This document shows positions 13,803 to 27,305 of a DNA stretch of 64,000 nt, in pieces. The stretch is from NCBI RefSeq assembly GCF_006345805.1, contig NW_021832532.1, positions 1 to 64,000 of the forward strand. Reading direction: 5' to 3'. This DNA is from Octopus sinensis (lineage: Eukaryota). Numbering within the stretch: the first letter of the stretch is position 1; every line of letters begins with the position of its first letter. The notes under the pieces were generated by a model. The model ran no database searches, was not told the origin of the DNA, and saw nothing but the letters and a program-made list of their open reading frames with translations. A program made the translations under genes and the position numbers.

Positions 13803-14267
13803 GTAAGTTGTTTTAATGTCTCAGTCTTTGGTTTGGAATGGATGCAATGTCAACCTTTTGGCTGCAAAGTTGACCTTTGAGATGTCCTGTGTCTGTGGAT
13901 ATGATTTTTAGCTTACATTGGCTTAGAAACTTTTTTTTATGTATTATGTTCTAGGAAAGCAGGCCAGTATCCATAATTTTTAACTTCTCTCCCAAACAAA
14001 TGAGATCAATGTAGAGTTGTATATAACTATCATGTGGGGCTATTCTAATCTCATTAGCAAAGCAAGCCTAAATGTACTTGTTGACAGGGCCAGCCTTAAG
14101 CCAACTGGACCAATTGCTCCCAATCAGGCCCCCATGCTGAAGGGGGCCCTGCGCTCAAGAAGACCACATTCAGAAATGCACTAAGGATGGCTAGTTTATA
14201 GACACTTCAAAGTGAGTAGTTGTGAGAGTCATGATAGAGCGTTAGATGCAGTGGTGTTTTCCCTGAT

Positions 14268-15509
14268 CCTAAATCGTCTTGTCCTTTTTGTTGAACCTTT
14301 GCTCCGAAAGAACCAAAATGGATTCAGACATGGGCGCTCAACGCTGAGCCAGATACTATGCCTACGCAGACTTATTGAAGAATCAAAAGCATTTAATCGC
14401 GATCTTGCAATGGTATTTGTAGACTTTTCTAAAGCGTTTGATTCTGTAGATAGGTACAAGATGTTTGAAATCCTTAAGCTCTATGGAATACCAGACAAAA
14501 TCATTTCTGCCATCAAGGTCCTCTACACAGATACGTCTTCAACCATGTTAACCCCTGACGGAGAAACATCATCTTTCTCAATCAAAGCTGGAATACTGCA
14601 GGGAGAAACACTCGCCCCATTTCTTTTCATCATTGTTGTTGATTATGTGCTACGTATGTCAGTTGAAACCATCTCTGGCAAGGGCTTTAAAATAAAACCA
14701 AGAAGAAGTTCCAGACACCCAGCTGAGTACTTGACAGACACTGACTTTGCTGACAACATCGCTCTTATCAGTGATTCTCTCTCCAATGCCCAGTCTCTTT
14801 TACAATCTCTTGAACAAGCCTCAAATTGTGTAGGTCTTTACCTCAATGAGGCCAAGACTGAATACATAAACAAGTGCCTGTCCAACAGTGATTGCATTAT
14901 CCATACTCTCAACAATGCGCCCTTAAATATGGTTTCTGATTACAAATATCTTGGGTCATACATATCATCATCTGGAAAAGACTTTCTAACTAGAAAGGGT
15001 ATGGCCTGGTCAGCCTGTAATGACATGCATAAGATCTGGTCATCAAATCTAAGTAGAGACTTCAAACTTGAAATCTTCAAAGCCACAGTCGAACGAATTC
15101 TACTATATGGCTCAGAAACATGGACGTTATCAAAGAAGCTTGAGAGGTGGTTGGATGGAACCTACATCGCCTCCTTATGAGAGCTCAAAATCTCTCGTGG
15201 AGGCGCCATCCAACCAAAATGCAAATATATGGGAAACTACCACCTGTGTCATCTCTTGTGAAAGGTAAGAGAGTCCAGTTTGCTGGACATTGTTGTAGAG
15301 CTGAAAAAGAGGTAATTTCTACTCTTCTCCTCTGGAAGCCATCTACTTGCAATACCAGAGGGCGCACACTCTCCTACCCTGATGTAATCTCCAGGGATAC
15401 AGGCATCCAGCAACAGGACCTCCGTAATGCCATGATGGACCATGAAGTCTGGCGTAGCATGGTAAATTCCATTGTCTCGACCACGGTCGAACAATGATGA
15501 TAATGATGA
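14268..15509 (+). mobile_element. 5'-truncated RTE-clade LINE with target-site duplication
   Basis: RT ORF (QNGFR, FVDFSKAFDSV, LQGETLAPFLF, DFADN, YKYLGS) with one frameshift near 15165; (TGA)n tail; 13-bp TSD TGTTTTCCCTGAT at 14255-14267 and 15510-15522. Confidence 0.92.
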
Positions 15510-15599
15510 TGTTTTCCCTGATATATGAAAGTGCTGAAAAAAACATACAGCTTCATAAAAACTACAGATACTCCAGAGATCGATTTTCTCAAATGTCTC

Positions 15600-16450
15600 A
15601 GAAGCCCTTGAAAGATTGTAGATAATTTCTGCTTTCTAGGGGATCTAATTAGTTGTAGAGGAGGATGTATGGAGAGTGTGATAGCTAGAATAAGAATAAG
15701 ATAGAGAAAATTCAGAGAGCTTTTACCCTGATGGCAACCAAAGGTTTCTCTCTCTGAGTGAAAGAAAGATTCTATGATGCATGTATATGGACAGCAATTC
15801 TACATGGTAGTGAGACATGGGCCCAGAATGCAGAGGACATGTGAAGGCTCAAGAGGAATGAGGCTAGTTTGCTCCACTGAATGTGTAATATAAGTGTACA
15901 TGTGTTACAAAGTGTTAGTATATTGAGAGAGAAGTTAGGCATAGGAGGAATTAGATGCAGCCAAGAGAGAAGACTGTGCTGGTTTGAGTATATGATATGG
16001 ATGGATGTTAGTAACTCCATAAAGAAGTGCCACTCACTCAAAGTGGATGGAACTCGTGGAAGAGGGAGACCCAGGAGGACACGATAACCTCAGAACACTG
16101 CAACTTTCATATGAGATGACAAAGGACTGAAATACCTGGTACATTGCTGTACTCAAGAAGACCTGTCCTTCACAGCAAAAGTGTTAAGGCTACATCCCCT
16201 GCTGGAGATGATTGGCCTGCAAGAATCCTGTGCTGGTGCTGCATAAAAAGCACTTGTGCTGGTACCATGTAAAAACGCTCAGCCAATGTCACGTTAAAAG
16301 TATTCCACATACAATGTAAAGTTGTTTGTGTTAGAAAGGGAATCAAGCTGTAGAAACCAAGCCAAATCAGGCTGAAACCCAGTGCAGCTCTCTGGCTTGC
16401 CAGCTCTGGTCAAACCGTCCAACCCATACCAGCATGGAAAATGGATACTT
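15600..16450 (+). mobile_element. Older degenerate RTE-like LINE 3' end (same family as 33157-35062)
   Basis: VDNFCFLGD, LHGSETW, RGRGRPRRT; 3' motif ccaacccataccagcatggaaa. Confidence 0.75.
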
Positions 16451-16896
16451 TGCATCTTTTAATCAAGATTCAATTTTTTTCTCACCTTAAACCTTAAAAT
16501 ATTCATCTTGCTCTTCTACATCACATTTAATAAATATATTCCTATTTTGGTTATAAATAGATTATAGATCCAGTTTATGCAACTGGGGCAGTATCTAATT
16601 AAAATAGCCATTTATGTATGACAAAGGACCAAGACCTTTGGCAATATGCTGTGCCTGAGGAGGAAAATCCTTCAAACCAAGTGAAATCGTAGTCATGGCA
16701 TGTAAAAGCACTCATTATACTCTCAGAGTAGTTGGTATTAGGAAGTGCATTCATGCCAAATCAGACTGGAATCTGGTGCAGCCCCTCAGCTTACCAGCCT
16801 TGGAGCCTTGGTCAAACTGTCCAACCCATGACAGCATGGACAATAGACTTTAAATGATGATGCCGATGATGATGATGACACATACATATATATATA

Positions 16897-18366
16897 CAGG
16901 ATGCATAAGATATTTGAAGACAAATTTATGTTTATAAAAAAACATGATAACAGATAATACTTTTATTTATCAAAAAATGCTATGATGATAAAAATAAACC
17001 TTCTTTTGTATAATGTTATTCAATAAAGCCACTTTCAGCTTCCACAACTGCTTCTATATGAGATCTAAATCATCTACATGCTTGAATCAAGTGGTTCTGA
17101 TTCATTTTGGACATTACTCTGACTATGGCAGCTTTCAAAGAATCTTTGGTGTTATGGGTGTGTTCATTGATCTCTTTCTCAACAACGCCCCACATGTAAT
17201 AGTCCAATGGATTAAGATCTGGGGAATTAAGAGGCTAAATGTTAGGGGCTATGTGATCATGAAAATTTTCAGCCATCCATTCCTGTGTTACTAGAGCCAT
17301 GTGTGATTGTGCAGAGTCTTACCGAAACACATAAGGTCTTCCATTGCATAAACTATCTATCCAGGGCTTAATTATTTCCAAGATGAGCTGGCAGAAATGT
17401 TAGCTCACCAGGCGAAATGCTTAGCGGTATTACGTCTGTCTTTACGTTCTGAGTTCAAATTCCACTGAGATCAACTTTGCCTTTCATCCTTTCGGTGCCA
17501 ATGAATTAAGAACCAGTTGCATACTGGGATCGATCTAATCAACTGACTCCTTCTCCAAAATTTCAGGCCTTGTGTCTAGAGTAGAAAAGAATGATTTTCA
17601 TTATTTCCAGTACCTCAATATAGGCAGCAGAGTTAACTCTAAGGCCTGGTGGAAAGAAGTAACAAGGCATCACATGTCCTTCATTGCTGACAACTCCTAA
17701 AACCATAACAGTTGCACAGGGAATTTTGTTTGCATAACACTTGGAACTTCAGAAGGGTCTGCACATTACTATCTGTCATTTCTTCTGTTAACTTTTTGAT
17801 CTTGGTTGAAGTTTTTCTTGTTTGAGAAAAACCAAATCAAATGTTCTTCTACTGGATATTTCAGTTTGTTTAAGAGCCTTTTAAATCTGATGTAGTGATT
17901 TTCTTTGGCTTTTTATAACAAATTGACCTTTCCTCATAACCTAAGACTTATAGCTGATGTCTTCATGGACAACATTTCTGACTGTTCCTTCTGACACATG
18001 GAGATCTTTTGCATTTGACCTCATGAACTTTCTGGGTATGTTGAACTTGCTGGATATCTAAGTGTTCTGATAATTTCAGAGCATCTACAATGCCTTTTAT
18101 GCTTTGATACTAGTGATACATTCCATCTTCAGTCTCTAGCTCCTTAAAAACTTTATAGGTGAAATATCTGAAAACTTTTAAAACTTGAGATATTTCTAAA
18201 TCACTATGTTCAGCCTTTATAACCACAATAACAGCATGCTTCTTCATTTCTTGAGTAAGCTGAGAGTCTGCCATTATTATTTTCTGGAACAAATATTATA
18301 TGGAGTTATCAAAAAATGCAGCAATGACCCATAAAAGGTATGTTCTCAAATACCTTATGCACCCTG
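16897..18366 (-). mobile_element. Tc1/mariner-superfamily (maT/DD37D-like) transposon, degenerate, with SINE insertion
   Basis: TIRs TA|caggatgcataagatatttga and tcaaataccttatgcaccctg|TA; minus strand PLNSPDLNPLDYYMWG (about 17188-17235). Confidence 0.8.
17383..17592 (+). mobile_element. SINE (family A)
   Basis: gagctggcagaaatgttagc...gagttcaaattcc (B-box-like)...gactttgcctttcatcctttc...; decayed copies at about 4200, 8580, 8820, 18930 (-), 20070. Confidence 0.75.
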
Positions 18367-18735
18367 TATATACACAGACAGACTGACTGACTGATTGATT
18401 TGTTCACAGTTAGTATATACTTTACTTTTATTGGTGATCATTTTTGTTTCTTTATTTCTCATAAGTTCAGGATTAAAGGAACCAATATAGATTTGGACAT
18501 TTGTTTTTATTATATATATATGCATTGAATTGAATTCAACTAGTTTCAGAGCTGTGGCCATGCTGTGACTATTAAAATGTGCTTCCCTTCACATCCATTT
18601 TTGCATTTCTTTTAATAATTTAATTTTGCACGTTCTATTTTGTATGTGTATTCTAAACTGTGTTTGTCTTTGCATGAAAGAAATTCATCTGTCAAAGAAA
18701 ACTATGGTCATTATTTAATTTTTATACCATTGCAG

Positions 18736-18793
18736 CATCAGATGAAATAGCTGAAGATGTATATCCTGGAACCAATTTGTTTTCAGAGGGACA
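18736..18793 (+). CDS. Cadherin gene 1 cytoplasmic exon: ASDEIAEDVYPGTNLFSEG(Q)
   Basis: TTGCAG acceptor, GTATGT donor, phase 1-2; PGTN motif. Confidence 0.85.
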
Positions 18794-19879
18794 GTATGTT
18801 TTTCTTTCTCTCTTTCTCATTTTTTCTCCTTTTCTATCCTTTCTAATTCCTATTGTTTTTTTATAAACATTTGATTATTTAATTACATGTAGGTTATAAT
18901 TGGTTTCATAACTATGACAGCAATCAATCTTTACATTTCATCAGTCCAGAATTGATAAAATAAAGTACCAGTCATGTACCGGTATTGTTTTAAGTCACTT
19001 GCCCTATCCCTGAATTTTCTTGCCTTGAGCCAAATTAGAAACTTGTTATTAAGGATCAGTAGAATTGTTGAAGTATCAAACAAAATGCTTTGTGGTATAT
19101 CTTCCATGTCTATAATCTGAGTTCTCTCCACTACATATTTGTAGCTTTGTGTTAAAGACAGCAATCACTGTAGTTGTATTGAACTCTGAGTAACATCAGT
19201 TTCTTTGGACTGTAGCAAGGAAATAAAGTACACTTTGCAAGGCATTTGTGCAGCATAAACAGATGTATTATTCCATAATGTTTTAGATTTATGCCTTGTG
19301 AATGACGGATCTTCCTTCCTTGTCCAGCTGCCTGCAATTTTGCAGTGCATTCCAAGCTTGTGTGTAGTATATTCCGATACTCTAATAATATACTTTACCA
19401 AAACAAACTTTCTGTTTGTAGGTCTGCTCAAAATCTGTTGTAGCAATTAGATGTTCCTTTTAGAAAGCATAACTTTGTAACAGGTTCCAACGCTCTTTCA
19501 CTGTTGAGTACTTATCAATAGAAAAGCATCCAACTGTAAATTATCTATTCATGCATCAGTGTCTGCATTTAGAAGTCCTGATTTCATAATAATTCATTCC
19601 ACAATAGAAGGATCCAAAGAATATCCAAAGCAGATAGAATATTTACTTGCAATTTGTTGTTTATTAAGGTGTGTGTTTATAGGTTTACATTGTTTATGCC
19701 ATCAATAATGTAAAAATATATGGTTACACTGCCAGTGACATAAGAGGAAGAAGAATTTTCTCAGAAATTCTTTTATATATCTTTTGTGAAGTAAAACTGA
19801 AAAAACATATTAGTTTATCAATAACCCATGGACTTTTTCTTCCAAAAATGTATTTGTGTCTTCTATAAATATTTTTCAG

Positions 19880-19945
19880 GATTAATCCATTATACAACAA
19901 TTTGGATGAAAAGGACATGGGTGGTCCCTTACCAGAGAAAGGGAG
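19880..19945 (+). CDS. Cadherin gene 1 cytoplasmic exon: INPLYNNLDEKDMGGPLPEKG(S)
   Basis: TTTTTCAG acceptor, AG|GTATGT donor, phase 2-2; NPxY motif. Confidence 0.85.
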
Positions 19946-20354
19946 GTATGTTTTACAAAACAGATTTTAAAATGAAAAGTTTGTTTCAAAATGTTTGCTA
20001 TTATTTATCATGAGATAAAGGGTAAAAACAAATGGAAGCTGAATGTTTTATTGGAACTAAATTAATATCTCAGTGTTCTGAGTTCAAATATCACTAAGGT
20101 AAAGTTAATTTCCTTCTTTCTAGAGCCAATAAAACAAGTAATAGCATACTAGATTATATCAATCAGCAACGAGTACAGAAGTAGCTGTGTGATTGCTTTG
20201 CTACCATGTGCTTTTAGGGCTGATCCTGCTGGATGATACTTTTGGCAAGTGTCTTCTACTACTGTCACAGGTTGACCAATGCCTTGTGAGTGATATCAGA
20301 TTGGTGGAAACTGTAGGGAAGCCTATCTTATACTGATTGATATATATGTGTGCG

Positions 20355-20395
<41 letters not shown>

Positions 20396-20430
20396 AGCAT
20401 ATATTCATCTGTATATATATATATATATAT

Positions 20431-20462
<32 letters not shown>

Positions 20463-20549
20463 ATATGTATGTATACATGTGCATAAGTTATCTAAAAGTC
20501 CATAAGTCAGAGAAAAGATGCACTTGTATATCTGTCAACTGAGTGGTTA

Positions 20550-22640
20550 TATTATCCAAAGTGTACAGTATTATATAACCATCATGGCTGATCTTACCAA
20601 TTGGTTTCACACCAGGGGTATAGTAGAGAGGTAACAATCCAATCATATAACCCTGTGCTCACCAGAGGTAGCCGATATGTAATGAAATATGGCAACTGTT
20701 CTCTATTGTTGGAGGTGAAAAGACATCCAGTTTGCAATTGTTGTTAAAATTTGATGAAACGAACAAAGTAGGGGATTTAGTCAAGAGTTATGTCCCTTGA
20801 TACCGAGACATTGCCACTGGATTGATTATGCTGTAAGTCAGAAAGAGTTATCATGAAGTGTTTGTGGAAATTGTGTGTGTCTTTCAGATTTATTTTCTTG
20901 TGAAAATGGGATATGTGTAGTGGTACTGTTTGTATAACTTTTGCAAGGAGTGTAGGCATTCATTACTATGTTTGCTAGAGTGTTTTCCTTCTGTATTAAT
21001 TAAGATTGTGGGGGCTTTATGCATGTATGCACGTGTGTAAGGGTACAATATGTGTGTGGGCCTTTATATTGGAGGTGATGGAAAACAGTCTATTTGGAAG
21101 GCGTCTGTCTTGTTGGGTCTGGAGATCCTTCTGCTAGAACTTGGTAAAGAGTGACAGCAGAAGAATCTCCAGCTTATCTTCAAGCAAAGAGACTTTTGAT
21201 GCTGCCACCCTGCACTACAATGAGGCACTGGTTGTGAGCAGTTTCAAGGATAGAATTAATTACACACCAGAACCTAACCCCTCCAAGTGAAAGTGGCACC
21301 AGAAAGTATTGTGGTTCACACTGCCCTTTTCTATAAATTTTAAAACCCAAGTAGGTAAGATTTTTCTTAGCTTAGTTGATGAATACTTCCCCCATACAAA
21401 TTAATTCAGCAAAATATTCAATAGGCATACCTTGAAAATTTCCTTTAGCTGTGCACCTAGTGTAAAAAAGATTTTTGTAAGTAGGCCCATGCCTGAGACA
21501 GAGGCAGGATACACATGTAGGGGGAGCACAGCATTTCCTCAGAATGGCCACTGTAACATGGAAGAAACTGCTATAGGACCAAGTGGGCAACTAGACATGT
21601 GAGAGTATGTAGGAGCAACTGAAGACCACTTCAGAACCTGCTTTAACAACCACAAGTCCTACTTTAACATCCTGGAGAGACACACCACAACAGAACAACC
21701 CTGGTCAGGTCTGTTTAATCTTTGAAAGTAAGTACGACAAAGTACAACAAAGTGGAAGATCCTAGAGAAATGTAAACCATACTTCAATAGCAGCAGGATG
21801 TGCAGGTTATGCCAAACTGAGAAAAGAGCAATTTTAAAGAGCATCCAGCACACAGGCTTTTACCTCAATAGCAGGAGTGAAGTATTTAAATCCTTGCCCT
21901 CATGAAAGAAAGTACATCCTATCATTCCTGCATGCCCCATCATGACTACAACCACCAGTCCTCAGCCTCAGCTCTCCACCAATACTCTGGAGTCCGGCAA
22001 AGAGTTTGACCAGAGCATTCACCAATGCACCTACATACTCACTCACCAATACATCCACATACAAACACGCATGCTCCAGTATTGTACACACCTACCAAAT
22101 AGCCTGTTTTCCACAACCTCCAATATAAACTCACACACACACTTGCATTGTACTCCTACATTCACTGCATACACACATAAAGCCCCCATGATCTTATCCA
22201 ATACTGAAAGAAACCACATTAGCAAACACAGTAATGAATGCCTACACTCCTTGCAAAAGTTATACAAACAGTACCACTACACATATCCCATTCCTACAAG
22301 AAAACAAACCTGAAAGACACACATAATTCCCACAAACACTTCATGATAACTCTTACCAATTTATACAACCTAACCAGCCCCGTGAAAATGTCTTGGTATC
22401 AAGGGACATAACTCTTGACTAAATCCCCCTACCTGGTTCGTTTCATCATATTTTCACAACTGCAAAATGGGTGTGTCCTTTTACCTCCAACAATAGAGAG
22501 TAGTTGCCATGTTTCATTTCATATTGGCTACCTCTGATGAGCGGAGGTTATATGATTGGATTGTTACTTAACACTATGTTGTACCCCTGGTATGATTAGC
22601 CATGATGAATATATAATACTGTATACTTCAGATATATATA
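20550..22640 (+). mobile_element. Penelope-like element (Naiad-like) with inverted 5' pseudo-LTR and direct 3' pseudo-LTR
   Basis: About 20555-21000 is the reverse complement of about 22200-22625; internal + strand RRISSLSS...KVLWFTLPFS...KIFNRHTLKISFSC...YVGATE..F...NHKS...CRLCQTEK...LNSRSE. Confidence 0.85.
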
Positions 22641-22754
22641 TACCTTAAAAAGTCAGGGAATATGCAATAAATATATTTACTTAACCACTTCACATCCTTA
22701 TGGTTATGGCCATTTTGCAGCCTTCTTCTTGTAGTAATAAATTCTGTGTGGAAC

Positions 22755-22902
22755 ATACATACATACATAGATATGTACATACATACTTACATACATACAT
22801 GCATGCATGCATGCATACATACATACATACATACATCATACATACATGCATGCATGCATGTATACATACATACATACATACATACATACATACATACATA
22901 CA

Positions 22903-22932
<30 letters not shown>
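22755..22932. repeat. (TACA)n microsatellite; similar tracts at 24510-24690, 31680-31785, 32000-32150, 53280-53410
   Basis: Directly visible. Confidence 0.9.
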
Positions 22933-22934
<2 letters not shown>

Positions 22935-23419
22935 ACATCTAACTTTTTAGATGTAACTCTAAGCATATCAACCTCCCAATACTCCCCTTATGACATACCT
23001 AACTAATATCTTAAATACCTAAACATTCATTCCAATCACCACAAATCCCCTTTTGATAACATAATCAAGGGTATCTCGACTCGTATATCTGACCTCTCTT
23101 TCACTGGGGAAATTTTCAATAACCACACACCATATTATAATCAAGCACTCACTGCTAGCAGCCTCTCCCAACAAATAAAATCCATCTATAACACCAGGCT
23201 CAAACAATATATATCTCATATCACATCACAAAGACACACCAACCATCACAATCACAACTGATCACACATACACTTTGATAGAAGCCCCTGGAAGATCTCA
23301 CACCTAGACAACCTGGACCCCCACACATACATTTAACACTAGGTCAAAAACTAGAACAGCTAGCAACAACAGGCCTTGCCACCCCCTTCCATCCTCCAAA
23401 AACCTAGATAGTACTACTC

Positions 23420-24490
23420 CTAAAATGTGACGGATGATCTATTCTGTGGTACACATCCACCTTCTCACATAATGTTAAGAACTTTGCTAAATCCTTCTTT
23501 AAAATACTAGACTCCAACTTCCCTCATCAACATAAATATTATTCTATCTTTAATAGATCCACCTTGAAACTATCCTATTCTGCCCCACCCAACTACAAAT
23601 CTATCATAGCAGCCTCTAATAAACAAAAACTTTCTCTCTACTTTCAAAACTCACATAATTATAATTCTAGTTACACGAATGCTCAACACACACACAGCTC
23701 CAGCATGGAAACCCAACCCAACCTATCCTACTGACACTACCCAGAACACCACCACAACCTCTAACATTCTTACAAATAGTGCATTTAATAACAATAGTAG
23801 TAGTAATAACAATAATAGTAATAATAGCATTAATAATACTAATAGTTTAGACCTTTCAACCCACTTCTCTAACCTCTCCTCTGACAATGTTACCGCCTCC
23901 ATTCCTGAAAGCAATCTTCAAATTTCATCCACTTGTAACTGCCATCCTGAGGCCATCTGCCCTTTGTAAGCCCATTGTAAAAGATATAATGTAATTTACA
24001 AATGCACTGTCCTTAACCTATTACTTAATTCTACAACCATATACATAGAATCAACCATAAATTTTAAACAACTATATGCCGCTCCCCTCCATTCTTTTAG
24101 ATATGATAAACATAGGAAATCTACAACACTCACCAGTCACATACATCATCTCAAAAATACAAATATACCCATACTTTGTCATGGTCCATATTAGATTCAG
24201 GGCTTCCTTACCAAGGTCAACACTTAACCTGCAAGTTATGCCTAAAGGAGGCACTTCACATATTAGAGCACAACTCTTCAACACTACTAGATAAACATAA
24301 TAAGGCCCTAAACACATGAAACCATTGCTTTTTTCATACATTCAAATTCTACCACAAATCCAAAAGCCTATATAACCACACAGTATATTTCCACAATACC
24401 CCATAGGTAATCCTTAACAAACATATAAGTCTCCATTTTAATTTCTAATCCTTATCTAACCCCCATTTCTTACCTGAGGATCACAGTCAT
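23420..24490 (+). mobile_element. Degenerate Naiad-like Penelope element
   Basis: ILWY.PP..., FFKILDSNFPHQHKYYSIFNRSTLKLSYS, then CNCHPEAICPL...NVIYKC (about 23934-24005). Confidence 0.75.
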
Positions 24491-25213
24491 TTAGTTATAT
24501 AAGTATATTTATGTATGCATGCATGTATGTATGTATGTATGTATGTATGTATGTATGTATGTATGTATGTATGTATGTATGTATGGATGTATTTATATGT
24601 GTGTATGTATGTATGTAGGTGTGTATGTATATATGTGTATGTCTATATGTATGTGTATGTATGTGTGTATATATATGTGTATGTATGCATCATCATCATC
24701 ATCATCGTTTATCGTCCATTTCCCATGCTAACATGGGTTGGACAGTTCAACCGGGGTCTGGGAAGCCAGGAGGCTGCACCAGGCTTCAGTCTGATCTGGC
24801 AGTGTTTCTACAGCTGGATGCCCTTCCTAACGCCAACCACACCATTATAGGTACATGTGAGTATATATGAATATATTTTATGTAAGTGTGAGTATGTGTA
24901 GACCTATATATGTACACATGCCCACCCATGTGTGTGCATGTGTGCATATACACTTACATACAATTATACACGTGTGTGAGTCTGCATGCATGCATTTATA
25001 TATGCAAGAATTTATATATTCAAAATAGATATGAATGAGTGTGTATATGCATGAATGTGTGTGAAGAGTTTGTATGCGTATATATTTGTTAATGTATGTA
25101 TATGTCTATATATATGTGTGGATACGTATGTGTGTATATCTTGAAAGATATAAATTCTTTCTTCCTTTTCCTCCTCACCTATCAGAAATGTCTATTTATA
25201 GCAACTTGACTTA

Positions 25214-26489
25214 CGAGGGACGTTCAATAAGTAATGCTCCTGATCCACTTGCAGTTGGTTGATCTAGCTGAAATTTTGCATGTGCAATTATTAATATGTC
25301 TATAGAATAAGTGGCAAATTACAGCTCTGAACTAATTGTAGTTTCTGATTTACAGGTGTTTGAACAGAGTCAAGTGTGAAATGGAGCCAGTTGAGTGTCG
25401 AGCAGTGATCCGGTTTTTGTATTTGAAAGGACGCACACCATGGGAGACTTTCGATGAAATGAAAGTAACTTATGGTGATGATGCCCCATCATATGACCTT
25501 GTAAAACGCTGGCATCGTGAATTTAAACATGGTCGGAACTCTGTGGAAACAGCTCCCAGATCTGGTCGCCCCCTTCTGCCATTGATGAGGCATCTGTCCG
25601 TCAAGTTGAGGCTGCCATTTTGGAAGATCGACGCATAACTATTCGCCAAATAGCCCATGAGGTCAAGATTAGTACCGCGTCTGTGGAAACTATCATTCAT
25701 GACCATTTGCATATGCAAAAGGTGTCTGCCAGATGGATTCCCAGGTTGCTCACACCTTTCCAGAAGCAAGAACGCGTCGAGTGTTCGAGGATGAATTTGG
25801 AGATGTGCCAAGAAGATGAGTCAAAATTTTTCAAAAGACTGATTACACAGGATGAAACCTGGGTCCATCACTATGATTCAGAGACCAAAGCCCAGTCAAT
25901 GCAGTGGAAGCACCGTGACTCACCACCTCCAAAGAAGGCAAGGGTGCAGCCCTTCACTGGCAAGGTCATGCTCACAGTTTTCTGGGACCAGGACGGAGTA
26001 GTGATGACAGATTTCCTGGCAAAGGGTACCACAATTATAGGAGCCTATTATGCTTCACTTTTGAAGAAATTAAGAGAAGCTATCAAAATCAAGAGGTGGG
26101 GCAAGATCAGCAAAGGCATCCTCCTCCTGCAGGACAACGCTCTGGTGTGTCGCCAGATCAGAAGCACAGACGTGCGGCTATGAACTCCTCCCCCACCCCC
26201 CCTACTCTCCTGACCTTGCACCCTCTGATTTTCACCTCTTCTCAGCCATGAAGTTTTTGAAAGGAAAGCATTTCCCAGATGATGTAGCCTTGATTTCTGA
26301 AGTCACGTCGTGGTTGGAGGACCAAGCTGGGGTATTCTACAAAAACGGTCTCCAGAGCTGCATCAAACGATGGGAGAAATGCGTAACTCTGGGTGGTTCC
26401 TATGTAGAAAAAGACTAATAACTGTGCCAAGTTTCGTTGCTCTACTGCTATGGGAACTGGGTCAGGGGCATTACTTATTGAACGCCTCG
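25214..26489 (+). mobile_element. Full-length mariner element (irritans/Himar-like), frameshifted transposase
   Basis: TA TSDs at 25212-13 and 26490-91; TIR cgagggacgttcaataagtaatgc / gcattacttattgaacgcctcg; SARWIPRLL, ITQDETW, LQDNA, YSPDLAPSDF. Confidence 0.95.
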
Positions 26490-26491
26490 TA

Positions 26492-27194
26492 TATTCTTCA
26501 TTATTTATATTCTTCATTCCATCTCAATTTTATTACCAAAACTAATTCCCACTTACACATCACCCTACCCTCTTACTTTCTCTCTACATTTTCTATATCC
26601 ATCCCTTAATGTAGCTCTATCACACCACTCCTGTTCACATACCTCACACATTTTTACTCTTTACCCTCTCATCTCTTCCTGTTTCTCCCCCTCACTTCTC
26701 CCTTCTAACATTTTATCCTGACCACTAGCTAACACACCTCTTTCTTCACTTATTTGTTGTATCTCCCACCCCCTTCTTTTCTTTTACCTCCAGTTCTCTT
26801 CCTGTTTTTGATTTGACCTTACAAACTCATTCCCAATTTCTAAGTCACTCCAAAAAAACCCTCGAACGAATAACACAGTTTACAAGACTCTATGCTTGGA
26901 ATGACCAAATATAAACATTATTGGAACTCACATGGGGTACAGGAAACGTATATATACACCATTCTGCTTAAATGATGGAACTGCAAGTACAATATCCTTA
27001 CGTATCACACTTCTATTTTCATTCCTTCACTTCCCTCTGTATTTCATATCTTATCTACAATAATTAATACTCAAACATTTTCTTGCACCATCTCTGATAA
27101 AGAGATATATAAAATATCCTGGAAACAGCTGTAAGACCTCTTTATAAATGTTTTGAAAACTATTCACAGCCTTGGATTTTTACATCATTCTGTC

Positions 27195-27200
<6 letters not shown>
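26492..27200 (+). mobile_element. Penelope-type 3' UTR/pseudo-LTR remnant with mutated hammerhead
   Basis: tct-CTGATAAG-agatat...atatcct-GAAA-cagctg-TA-aga at 27091-27136, followed by a (TA)n tract. Confidence 0.55.
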
Positions 27201-27225
<25 letters not shown>

Positions 27226-27305
27226 TGTGTGTGTGTTTGAGAAATATGACATCTGTGGTTTTAATTTATTAACGTATTTTCATCTTGTTTCTTGTATTAT
27301 TATAG

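Noticed and set aside
14212-15180. Host gene or domesticated RT
   Set aside because: The ORF start lies outside the TSD-bounded element, the catalytic motif is mutated (ADN), and it is frameshifted; a dead-on-arrival LINE copy.
21480-24010. Selenocysteine (UGA-for-Cys) recoding as reported for some Naiad Penelope elements
   Set aside because: The conserved Cys positions I could read (CNC, CPL, CxxC) use TGT/TGC; stops are scattered like ordinary decay; no SECIS recognised.
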